Assembly: GCA_964035545.1 (NCBI GenBank)
Contig: OZ037767.1
Location: 18,196,259-18,260,258 of the forward strand
Source of the DNA: Bugula neritina
Lineage: Eukaryota > Animalia > Bryozoa
Length of the DNA: 64,000 nt
Direction: 5' to 3'
Shown: one piece after another, positions 29,201 to 44,260 of the stretch
Layout of the letters: every line of letters begins with the position of its first letter
Numbering within the stretch: the first letter of the stretch is position 1
The notes under the pieces: generated by a model
Told to the model about the DNA's origin: nothing
The model's input: the letters and a program-made list of their open reading frames with translations, nothing else
The model's database searches: none
Program-made: the position numbers and the translations under genes

Positions 29201-32200
29201 ATACCTAAATATACGGTAATATACTAAAATATACTGTAACACATTGAAAAACACTACAACATACTGAACTATACTGCAAGATACTGAAATACACTGTAAC
29301 ATACTGAAATATACTGCAACATACTGCATTATACTGACATACGCTGTAACATATTGAAATACACTGCAACACATTGAAATATAATCTAACTCACTAAAAT
29401 ATAGTGTAATATACGGAAATGTACTTTGACATACTGGAATATACTGTAACACAATGAAATATACTTCAACATACTGAAATACGCTGGAACATACTGAAAT
29501 ATACTGCAACCTACTGCAACATACTGAAATACACTGTAACATACTGAAATACACTGCAACATACTACAACATACTGAATTACACTGTAACATATTGAAAT
29601 ACACTGCAACGCACTGAAATATACTGCAACATACCGAAATATATGGTAAACTACTGAAAAATAATGTAAAACATTGAATAATACTGCAACATACTGAAAT
29701 ATACTGTAACACACTGAAATATACTGCAACATACTGAAATACACTGTAACATACCGAAATATACTGCAACATACTGAAATACACTGCTACATACTGAAAT
29801 ATACTGCAAAATACTGCAACATACTGAAATACACTGTAACATACTGAAATACACTGCAACACACTACAACATACAGAAATACAGTGTAACATATTGAAAT
29901 ACACTGCAACACAATGATATATACTGCAACATACCGAAATATATGGTAAACTACTGAAATATACTGTAACACATTGAAAAATACTGCAACATAAAGAAAT
30001 ATACTGTGACACACTGAAATATACTGCAACATACTGAAATACACTGTAACATACTGAAGTATACTGCAACATACTGAAATAGACTGCTACATACTGAAAT
30101 ATACTTCAAGATACTGCAACAAACTGAAATACACTGTAACATACTGAAATACACTGCAACATACTGCATTATACTGACATCAACTGGGACATATGGAATT
30201 ACACTGCAACAAAATGAAGTACACTGCGACGCACTGAAACATCTGTCAACATACTAAAATGTACTGCAACATACTGAGATACACTGTAATATACTGAAAT
30301 ATACTGCAACCTACTGCAACATACTGACATACGCTGTAACATATTGAAATACAGTGCAACACATTGAAATATACTCTAACTAACTGAAATATAGTGTAAT
30401 ATACGGAAATGTACTGTGACATACTGGAATATACTGTAACACAATGAAATATACTTCAACATACTGAAATACGCTGTAACATACTGAAATATACTGCAAC
30501 CTACTGCAACATACTAAAATACACTGTAACATACTGAAATACACTGCAACATACTACAACATACTGAAATACACTGTAACATATTGAAATACACTGCAAC
30601 ACACTGAAATATACTGCAACATACCGAAATATATGGTAAACTACTGAAAAATACTGTAACACATTGAAAAATACTGCAACATACCGAAATAACCTGTAAC
30701 ACACTGAAATATACTGCAACATACTGAAATACACTGTAACATACTGAAATATACTGCAACATACTGAAATACGCTGCTACATACTGAAATATACTGCAAA
30801 ATACTGCAACATACTGAAATACACTGTAACATACTGAAATAAACTGCAACACACTGAAGTGTACTGTAATATACAGACATGTACTGTAACAAACTGAAAC
30901 ATACGTCAACATACTAAAATGTACTGCAACATACTGAGATACACTGTAATATACTGAAATATACTGCAACCTACTGCAACATACTGACATACGCTGTAAC
31001 ATATTGAAACACTTTGCAACACATTGAAATATACTCTAACTCACTGAAATATAGTGTAATATACGGAAATGTACTGTGACATACTGGAATATACTGTAAC
31101 ACAATGAAATATACTTCAACATACTGAAATACGCTGTAATATACTGAAATATACTGCAACCTACTGCAACATACTGAAACACACTGTAACATACTGAAAT
31201 ACACTGCAACATACTGAATTATACTGACATACACTGGGACATATTGAAATACACTGCAACAAATTGAAGTAGACTGCAACACACTGAAACATACGCCGAC
31301 ACACTGAAAAATACTGCGACACATTGAAATATACTGCAACATACTGCAACATACTGAAATACATTGTAACATACTGAAATACACTGCAACATACTACAAC
31401 ATACTGAAATACACTGTAACAGATCGAATTACACTGCAACAAATTGAAATATACTGCAACATACCAAAATATACGATAAACTACTGAAATATCCTGTAAC
31501 ACATTGAAATACACTTTAACATACTGAAATATACTGCAACCTACTGCAACATACTGACATACGCTGTAACATATTGAAATACACTGCAACACATTGAAAT
31601 ATACTCTAACTCACTGAAATATAGTGTAATATACGGAAATGTACTGTGACATACTGGAATATACTGTAACACAATGAAATATACGTCAACATACTGAAAT
31701 ACGCTGTAACATACTGAAATATACTGCAACCTACTGCAACATACTGGAATACACTGTAAAATACTGAAATACACTGCAACATACTACAACATACTGAGAT
31801 ACACTGTAACATACTGAAATACACTGTAACATACTGAACTATACTGCAAGATACTGCAACATACTGAAATACACTGTAACATACTGAACCACACTGCAAC
31901 ATACTGCATTATACTGACATACGCTGTAACATATTGAAATACACTGCAACGCTTTGAAATATACTGTAACTCACTGAAATATACTGCAACATACTGAAAT
32001 ACACTGCAACATACTACAACATACTGAAATACACTGTAACAGATCGAATTACACTGCAACAAATTGAAATATACTGCAACATACCAAAATATACGATAAA
32101 CTACTGAAATATCCTGTAACACATTGAAATACACTTTAACATACTGAAATATACTGCAACTTACTGCAACATACTGACATACGCTGTAACATATTGAAAT

Positions 32201-35200
32201 ACACTGCAACACATTGAAATATACTGTAACTCACTGAAATATAGTGTAATATACGGAAATGTACTGTAACATACTGGAATATACTATAACACACTGAAAT
32301 ACACTGTAACATACTGCAACATTCTAAAATACACTGTAACATATCGAAATACACTGCCACACACTGAAATGTACTGCAACATACCGAAACCAATGGTAAA
32401 CTACTGAAATATACTGTAACACAATGAAAAACACTGCAACATACTGAACTATACTGCAAGATACTGCAACATACTGAAATACACTGTAACATACTGAACC
32501 ACACTGCAACATACTGCATTATACTGACATACGCTGTAACATATTGAAATACACTGCAACGCTTTGAAATATACTGTAACTCACTCAAATATACTGCAAC
32601 ATACTGAATTACACTGTAACATACTGAAGTATACTGCATCATACTGAAATAAACTGCTACATACTGAAATATACTTCAAGATACTGCAACAAACTGAAAT
32701 ACACTGTAACATACTGAAATACACTGCAACATACTGCATTATACTGACATACACTGGAACATATTGAAATATACTGCAACAAATTGTAGTATACTGCAAC
32801 ACACTGAAACATACGGCAACATACTGAAATATACTGCGACACATTGAAATATACTGCAACATACTGAAATACACTGTATCATACTGAAATAAACTGCAAC
32901 ACACTGAAGTGTACTGTAATATACAGACATGTACTGTAACAAACTGAAACATACGTCAACATACTAAAATGTACTACAACATACTGAGATACACTGTAAT
33001 ATACTGAAATATACTGCAACCTACTGCAACATACTGACATACGCTGTAACATATTGAAATACACTGCAACACATTGAAATATACTCTAACTCACTGAAAT
33101 ATAGTGTAATATACGGAAATGTACTGTGACATACTGGAATATACTGTAACACAATGAAATATACTTCAACATACTGAAATACGCTGTAACATACTGAAAT
33201 ATACTGCAACCTACTGCAACATACTGAAATACACTGTAACATACTGAAATACACTGCAACATACTACAACATACTGAAATACACTGTAACATATTGAAAT
33301 ACACTGCAACACAGTGAAATATACTGCAACATACCGAAATATATGGTAGACTACTGAAAAATACTGTAACACATTGAAAAATACTGCAACATACTGAAAT
33401 ATACTGTAACACACTGAAATATACTGCAACATACTGAAATACACTGTAACATACTGAAATACACTGTAACATACTGAAATACACTGCGACATACTACAAC
33501 ATACTGAAATACACTGTAACATATTGAAATACACTGCAATACACTGAAACATATTGAAATACACTGCAACACACTGAAATATACTGCAACATACCGAAAT
33601 AAATGGTAAACTACTGAAATATACTGTAACACATTGAAAAATACTGCAACATATTGAAATATAGTGTAACACACTGAAATATACTGCAACATACTGAAAT
33701 ACACTGTAACATATTAAAATATACTGCAACATACTGAAATACACTGCTACATACTGAAATATACTGCAACATACTGCAACATACTGAAATACACTGTAAC
33801 ATACTGAAATACGCTGAAACATACTGCAACATACTGAAATACACTGCAACACATCGAATTATACTGCAACATACCTAAATATACAGTAATATACTGAAAT
33901 ATACTGTAACACATTGAAAAGCACTGCAACATACTGAAATATACTGAAAGACACTGCTACATACTGAAATATACTGCAACATACCTAAATATACGGTAAT
34001 ATACTAAAATATACTGTAACACATTGAAAAACACTGCAACATACTGAACTATACTGCAAGATACTGAAATACACTGTAACATACCGAAATATACTGCAAC
34101 ATACTGCATTATACTGACATACGCTGTAACATATTGAAATACACTGCAACACATTGAAATATAATCTAACTCACTAAAATATAGTGTAATATACGGAAAT
34201 GTACTTTGACATACTGGAATATACTGTAACACAATGAAATATACTTCAACATACTGAAATACGCTGGAACATACTGAAATATACTGCAACCTACTGCAAC
34301 ATACTGAAATACACTGTAACATACTGAAATACACTGCAACATACTACAACATACTGAATTACACTGTAACATATTGAAATACACTGCAACGCACTGAAAT
34401 ATACTGCAACATACAGAAATATATGGTAAACTACTGAAAAATAATGTAAAACATTGAAAAACACTGCAACATACTGAAATATACTGTAACACACTGAAAT
34501 ATACTGCAACATACTGAAATACACTGTAACATACCGAAATATACTGCAACATACTGAAATACACTGCTACATACTGAAATATACTGCAAAATACTGCAAC
34601 ATACTGAAATACACTGTAACATACTGAAATACACTGCAACACACTACAACATACAAAAATACAGTGTAACATATTGAAATACACTGCAACACAATGATAT
34701 ATACTGCAACATACCGAAATATATGGTAAACTACTGAAATATACTGTAACACATTGAAAAATACCGCAACATAAAGAAAAATACTGTGACACACTGAAAT
34801 ATACTGCAACATACTGAAATACACTGAAACATACTGAAGTATACTGCAACATACTGAAATAGACTGCTACATACTGAAATATACTTCAAGATACTGCAAC
34901 AAACTGAAATACACTGTAACATACTGAAATACACTGCAACATACTGCATTATACGGACATCTACTGGGACATATGGAATTACACTGCAACAAATTGAAGT
35001 ACACTGCGACGCACTGAAACATACGTCAACATACTAAAATGTACTGCAACATACTGAGATACACTGTAATATACTGAAATATACTGCAACCTACTGCAAC
35101 ATACTGACATACGCTGTAACATATTGAAATACAGTGCAACACATTGAAATATACTCTAACTAACTGAAATATAGTGTAATATACGGAAATGTACTGTGAC

Positions 35201-35570
35201 ATACTGGAATATACTGTAACACAATGAAACATACTTCAACATACTGAAATACGCTGTAACATACTGAAATATACTGCAACCTACTGCAACATACTAAAAT
35301 ACACTGTAACATACTGAAATACACTGCAACATACTACAACATACTGAAATACACTGTAACATATTGAAATACACTGCAACACACTGAAATATACTGCAAC
35401 ATACCGAAATATATGGTAAACTACTGAAAAATACTGTAACACATTGAAAAATACTGCAACAAACCGAAATATACTGTAACACACTGAAATATACTGCAAC
35501 ATACTGAATTACACTGTAACATACTGAAATATACTGCAACATACTGAAATACGCTGCTACATACTGAAAT
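26221..35570 (+). repeat. Imperfect HOR pair of about 4.6-4.8 kb (offset 4610, then 4690, then 4780)
   Basis: Offsets 26361/30971 and 26551/31161 (4610), 27541/32231 (4690), then 28099/32879 through 30501/35281 (4780) after a 90-bp deletion near 27910. Confidence 0.85.
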
Positions 35571-38500
35571 ATACTGCGACAGATTGAAATATACTGCAAC
35601 ATACTGAAATTTAATGCAAGATACTGCAATATACTGAAATACACCGTGACATACTGAGATACATTGCAACATACTGCAACATACTGAAATACACTGTAAC
35701 ATATTGAAATACACTGCAACACATTGAAATCTACTGCAACATACTGCAACATACTGAAATACACTGTAACATACTGAACCACACTGCAACATACTGCATT
35801 ATACTGACATACGCTGTAACATATTGAAATACACTGCAACGCTTTGAAATATACTGTAACTCACTCAAATATACTGCAACATACTGAAATACACTGTAAC
35901 ATACTGTAGTATACTGCATCATACTGAAATAAACTGCTACATACTGAAATATACTTCAAGATACTGCAACAAACTGAAATACACTGTAACATACTGAAAT
36001 ACACTGCAACATACTGCATTATACTGACATACACTGGAACATATTGAAATATACTGCAACAAATTGTAGTATACTGCAACACACTGAAACATACGGCAAC
36101 ATACTGAAATATACTGCGACACATTGAAATATACTGCAACATACTGAAATACACTGTATCATACTGAAATAAACTGCAACACACTGAAGTGTACTGTAAT
36201 ATACAGACATGTACTGTAACAAACTGAAACATACGTCAACATACTAGAATGTACTGCAACATACTGAGATACACTGTAATATACTGAAATATACTGCAAC
36301 CTACTGCAACATACTGACATACGCTGTAACATATTGAAATACACTGCAACACATTGAAATATACTCTAACTCACTGAAATATAGTGTAATATACGGAAAT
36401 GTACTGTGACATACTGGAATATACTGTAACACAATGAAATATACTTCAACATACTGAAATACGCTGTAACATACTGAAATATACTGCAACCTACTGCAAC
36501 ATACTGAAATACACTGTAACATACTGAAATACACTGCAACATACTACAACATACTGAAATACACTGTAACATATTGAAATACACTGCAACACAGTGAAAT
36601 ATACTGCAACATACCGAAATATATGGTAGACTACTGAAAAATACTGTAACACATTGAAAAATACTGCAACATACTGAAATATACTGTAACACACTGAAAT
36701 ATACTGCAACATACTGAAATACACTGTAACATACTGAAATACACTGTAACATACTGAAATACACTGCGACATACTACAACATACTGAAATACACTGTAAC
36801 ATATTGAAATACACTGCAATACACTGAAACATATTGAAATACACTGCAACACACTGAAATATACTGCAACATACCGAAATAAATGGTAAACTACTGAAAT
36901 ATACTGTAACACATTGAAAAATACTGCAACATATTGAAATATAGTGTAACACACTGAAATATACTGCAACATACTGAAATACACTGTAACATATTAAAAT
37001 ATACTGCAACATACTGAAATACACTGCTACATACTGAAATATACTGCAACATACTGCAACATACTGAAATACACTGTAACATACTGAAATACGCTGAAAC
37101 ATACTGCAACATACTGAAATACACTGCAACACATCGAATTATACTGCAACATACCTAAATATACAGTAATATACTGAAATATACTGTAACACATTGAAAA
37201 GCACTGCAACATACTGAAATATACTGAAAGACACTGCTACATACTGAAATATACTGCAACATACCTAAATATACGGTAATATACTAAAATATACTGTAAC
37301 ACATTGAAAAACACTGCAACATACTGAACTATACTGCAAGATACTGAAATACACTGTAACATACCGAAATATACTGCAACATACTGCATTATACTGACAT
37401 ACGCTGTAACATATTGAAATACACTGCAACACATTGAAATATAATCTAACTCACTAAAATATAGTGTAATATACGGAAATGTACTTTGACATACTGGAAT
37501 ATACTGTAACACAATGAAATATACTTCAACATACTGAAATACGCTGGAACATACTGAAATATACTGCAACCTACTGCAACATACTGAAATACACTGTAAC
37601 ATACTGAAATACACTGCAACATACTACAACATACTGAATTACACTGTAACATATTGAAATACACTGCAACGCACTGAAATATACTGCAACATACAGAAAT
37701 ATATGGTAAACTACTGAAAAATAACGTAAAACATTGAAAAACACTGCAACATACTGAAATATACTGTAACACACTGAAATATACTGCAACATACTGAAAT
37801 ACACTGTAACATACCGAAATATACTGCAACATACTGAAATACACTGCTACATACTGAAATATACTGCAAAATACTGCAACATACTGAAATACACTGTAAC
37901 ATACTGAAATACACTGCAACACACTACAACATACAAAAATACAGTGTAACATATTGAAATACACTGCAACACAATGATATATACTGCAACATACCGAAAT
38001 ATATGGTAAACTACTGAAATATACTGTAACACATTGAAAAATACTGCAACATAAAGAAAAATACTGTGACACACTGAAATATACTGCAACATACTGAAAT
38101 ACACTGAAACATACTGAAGTATCCTGCAACATACTGAAATAGACTGCTACATACTGAAATATACTTCAAGATACTGCAACAAACTGAAATACACTGTAAC
38201 ATACTGAAATACACTGCAACATACTGCATTATACGGACATCTACTGGGACATATGGAATTACACTGCAACAAATTGAAGTACACTGCGACGCACTGAAAC
38301 ATACGTCAACATACTAAAATGTACTGCAACATACTGAGATACACTGTAATATACTGAAATATACTGCAACCTACTGCAACATACTGACATACGCTGTAAC
38401 ATATTGAAATACAGTGCAACACATTGAAATATACTCTAACTAACTGAAATATAGTGTAATATACGGAAATGTACTGTGACATACTGGAATATACTGTAAC

Positions 38501-39040
38501 ACAATGAAACATACTTCAACATACTGAAATACGCTGTAACATACTGAAATATACTGCAACCTACTGCAACATACTAAAATACACTGTAACATACTGAAAT
38601 ACACTGCAACATACTACAACATACTGAAATACACTGTAACATATTGAAATACACTGCAACACACTGAAATATACTGCAACATACCGAAATATATGGTAAA
38701 CTACTGAAAAATACTGTAACACATTGAAAAATACTGCAACAAACCGAAATATACTGTAACACACTGAAATATACTGCAACATACTGAATTACACTGTAAC
38801 ATACTGAAATATACTGCAACATACTGAAATACGCTGCTACATACTGAAATATACTGCGACAGATTGAAATATACTGCAACATACTGAAATTTAATGCAAG
38901 ATACTGCAATATACTGAAATACACCGTGACATACTGAGATACATTGCAACATACTGCAACATACTGAAATACACTGTAACATATTGAAATACACTGCAAC
39001 ACATTGAAATCTACTGCAACATACTGCAACATACTGAAAT
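32461..39040 (+). repeat. 3280-bp tandem duplication (2 full copies)
   Basis: Offsets 32581/35861, 33957/37237 and 35281/38561. Shared variants tcactcaaat (32581, 35861), aaattgtagt (32781, 36061) and aaaccgaaat (35461, 38741). Confidence 0.95.
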
Positions 39041-42000
39041 ACGCTGTAAAATACTGAAATACACTGCAACATACTGAATTATACTGACATACACTGGAAC
39101 ATATTGAAATATACTGCAACAAATTGAAGTATACTGCAACACACCGAAACATACGGCAACATACTGAAATATACTGCGACACATTGAAATATACTGCAAC
39201 ATACTGAAATACACTGTATCATACTAAAATAAACTGCAACACACTGAAGTGTACTGTAATATACAAACATGTACTGTAACAAACTGAAACATACGTCAAC
39301 ATACTAAAATGTACTGCAACATACTGAGATACACTGTAATATACTGAAATATACTGCAACCTACTGCAACATACTGACATACGCTGTAACATATTGAAAT
39401 ACACTGCAACACATTGAAATATGCTGTAACTCACTGAAATATAGTGTAATATACGGAAATGTACTGTGACATACTGGAATATACTGTAACACAATGAAAT
39501 ATACTGTAACACACTGAAATATACTGCAAAATACTGAAATACACTGTAACATACTGAAATACACTGTAACATACTGAAATACACTGCGACATACTACAAC
39601 ATACTGAAATACACTGTAACATATTGAAATACACTGCAATACACTGTAACATATTGAAATACACTGCAACACACTGAAATATACTGCAACATACCGAAAT
39701 AAATGGTAAACTACTGAAATATACTGTAACACATTGAAAAATACTGCAACATATTGAAATATAGTGTAACACACTGAAATATAATGCAACATACTGAAAT
39801 ACACTGTAACATATTAAAATATACTGCAACATACTGAAATACACTGCTACATACTGAAATATACTGCAACATACTGCAACATACTGAAATACACTGTAAC
39901 ATACTGAAATACGCTGAAACATACTGCAACATATTGAAATACACTGCAACACATTGAATTTTACTGCAACATACCTAAATATACAGTAATATACTGAAAT
40001 ATACTGTAACACATTGAAAAGTACTGCAACATACTGAAATACACTGAAAGACACTGCTACACACTGAAATATACTGCAAGATACTGCAACATACTGAAAT
40101 ACACTATAACATACTGAAATATACTGCTGCATACTGAAATACACTGCTACATACTGAAATATACTGCAACATACCTAAATATACGGTAATATACTAAAAT
40201 ATACTGTAACACATTGAAAAACACTGCAACATACTGAACTATACTGCAAGATACTACAACATACTGAAATGCACTGTAACATACTGAAACACACTGCAAC
40301 ATACTGCATTATACTGACATACGCTGTAACATATTGAAATACACTGCAACACATTGAAATATACTCTACCTCACTGAAATATAGTGTAATATACGGAAAT
40401 GTACTGTGACATACTGGAATATACTGTAACACAATGAAATATACTTCAACATACTGAAATACGCTGTAACATACTGAAATATACTGTAACCTACAGCAAC
40501 ATACTGAAATACACTGTAACATACTGAAATACACTGCAACATACTACAACATACTGAAATACACTGTAACATATTGAAATACACTGCAACACACTGAAAT
40601 ATACTGCAACATACAGAAATATATGTTAAACTACTGAAAAATACTGTAACACATTGAAAAATACTGCAACATACTGAAATATACTGTAACACACTGAAAT
40701 ATACTGCAACATACTGAATTACACTGTAACATACTGAAATATACTGCAACATACTGAAATACACTGCTACATACTGAAATATACTGCAAAATACTGCAAC
40801 TTACTGAAATACACTGTAACATACTGAAATACACTGCAACATACTACAACATACTGAAATACAGTGTAACATATCGAAATACACTGCAACACAATAATAT
40901 ATACTGCAACATACCGAAATATTTGGTAAACTACTGAAATATACTGTAACACATTGAAAAATACTGCAACATACTGAAATATACTGTGACACACTGAAAT
41001 ATACTGCAACATACTGAAATACACTGTAACATACTGAAGTATACTGCAACATACTGAAATAAACTGCTACATACCGAAATATACTTCAAGATACTGCAAC
41101 AAACTGAAATACACTGTAACATACTGAAATACACTGCAACATACTGCATTATACTGACATCTACTGGGACATATGGAATTACACTGCAACGAATTGAAGT
41201 ACACTGCGACGCACTGAAACATACGGCAATATACTGAAATGTACTGCGACACATTGATATATACTGCAACATACTGAAATATGCTGTAGCGTACTGAAAT
41301 TCACTGCAACACACTGAAGTATACTGTAATATACAGAAATGTAATGTAACAAACTGAAACATACGTCAACATACTGCAACATACTGCAACATACTGAAAT
41401 ACGCTGTAAAATACTGAAATACACTGCAACATACTGAATTATACTGACATACACTGGAACATATTGAAATATACTGCAACAAATTGAAGTATACTGCAAC
41501 ACACCGAAACATACGGCAACATACTGAAATATACTGCGACACATTGAAATATACTGCAACATACTGAAATACACTGTATCATACTAAAATAAACTGCAAC
41601 ACACTGAAGTGTACTGTAATATACAAACATGTACTGTAACAAACTGAAACATACGTCAACATACTAAAATGTACTGCAACATACTGAGATACACTGTAAT
41701 ATACTGAAATATACTGCAACCTACTGCAACATACTGACATACGCTGTAACATATTGAAATACACTGCAACACATTGAAATATACTGTAACTCACTGAAAT
41801 ATAGTGTAATATACGGAAATGTACTGTGACATACTGGAATATACTGTAACACAATGAAATATACTGTAACACACTGAAATATACTGCAAAATACTGAAAT
41901 ACACTGTAACATACTGAAATACACTGTAACATACTGAAATACACTGCGACATACTACAACATACTGAAATACACTGTAACATATTGAAATACACTGCAAT

Positions 42001-43600
42001 ACACTGTAACATATTGAAATACACTGCAACACACTGAAATATACTGCAACATACCGAAATAAATGGTAAACTACTGAAATATACTGTAACACATTGAAAA
42101 ATACTGCAACATATTGAAATATAGTGTAACACACTGAAATATAATGCAACATACTGAAATACACTGTAACATATTAAAATATACTGCAACATACTGAAAT
42201 ACACTGCTACATACTGAAATATACTGCAACATACTGCAACATACTGAAATACACTGTAACATACTGAAATACGCTGAAACATACTGCAACATATTGAAAT
42301 ACACTGCAACACATTGAATTTTACTGCAACATACCTAAATATACAGTAATATACTGAAATATACTGTAACACATTGAAAAGTACTGCAACATACTGAAAT
42401 ACACTGAAAGACACTGCTACACACTGAAATATACTGCAAGATACTGCAACATACTGAAATACACTATAACATACTGAAATATACTGCTGCATACTGAAAT
42501 ACACTGCTACATACTGAAATATACTGCAACATACCTAAATATACGGTAATATACTAAAATATACTGTAACACATTGAAAAACACTGCAACATACTGAACT
42601 ATACTGCAAGATACTACAACATACTGAAATGCACTGTAACATACTGAAACACACTGCAACATACTGCATTATACTGACATACGCTGTAACATATTGAAAT
42701 ACACTGCAACACATTGAAATATACTCTACCTCACTGAAATATAGTGTAATATACGGAAATGTACTGTGACATACTGGAATATACTGTAACACAATGAAAT
42801 ATACTTCAACATACTGAAATACGCTGTAACATACTGAAATATACTGTAACCTACAGCAACATACTGAAATACACTGTAACATACTGAAATACACTGCAAC
42901 ATACTACAACATACTGAAATACACTGTAACATATTGAAATACACTGCAACACACTGAAATATACTGCAACATACCGAAATATATGTTAAACTACTGAAAA
43001 ATACTGTAACACATTGAAAAATACTGCAACATACTGAAATATACTGTAACACACTGAAATATACTGCAACATACTGAATTACACTGTAACATACTGAAAT
43101 ATACTGCAACATACTGAAATACACTGCTACATACTGAAATATACTGCAAAATACTGCAACTTACTGAAATACACTGTAACATACTGAAATACACTGCAAC
43201 ATACTACAACATACTGAAATACAGTGTAACATATCGAAATACACTGCAACACAATAATATATACTGCAACATACCGAAATATTTGGTAAACTACTGAAAT
43301 ATACTGTAACACATTGAAAAATACTGCAACATACTGAAATATACTGTGACACACTGAAATATACTGCAACATACTGAAATACACTGTAACATACTGAAGT
43401 ATACTGCAACATACTGAAATAAACTGCTACATACCGAAATATACTTCAAGATACTGCAACAAACTGAAATACACTGTAACATACTGAAATACACTGCAAC
43501 ATACTGCATTATACTGACATCTACTGGGACATATGGAATTACACTGCAACGAATTGAAGTACACTGCGACGCACTGAAACATACGGCAATATACTGAAAT
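39021..43600 (+). repeat. 2360-bp tandem duplication (about 1.95 copies)
   Basis: Offsets 39079/41439, 39431/41791, 40175/42535 and 40931/43291. Markers atactctacc and ctacagcaac. Confidence 0.93.
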
Positions 43601-44260
43601 ATACTGCGACACATTGATATATACTGCAACATACTGAAATATGCTGTAGCATACTGAAATACACTGCAACACACTGAAGTATACTGTAATAGACAGAAAT
43701 ATACTGTAACAAACTGAAACATACGTCAACATACTAAAATATACTGCAACATACTGAAATACACTGCTACATACTGAAATATACTGCAAAATACTGCAAC
43801 TTACTGAAATACACTGCAACATACTACAACATACTGAGATACACTGTAACATATTGAAATACACTGCAACATACTGCAACATACTGCAACATACTGAAAT
43901 ACACTGTAACATATTGAAATACACTGCAACATACTGCAACATACTGCAACATACTTAAATACACTGTAACATATTGAAATACACTGCAACACCTTGAAAT
44001 ATACTGCAATACAGTGAAACATACGGCAACATACTGAAATATACTGCGACACATTGCAATATACTGCAACATACTGAAATATGCTGTAGCATACTGAAAT
44101 ACACTGCAACACACTGAAGTATACTGTAATAGACAGAAATATACTGTAACAAACTGAAACATACGTCAACATACTGAAATGTACTGCAACATACTGAGAT
44201 ACACTGTAATATACTGAATTACACTGCAACATACTGCAACATACTGAAATACGCTGTAAC

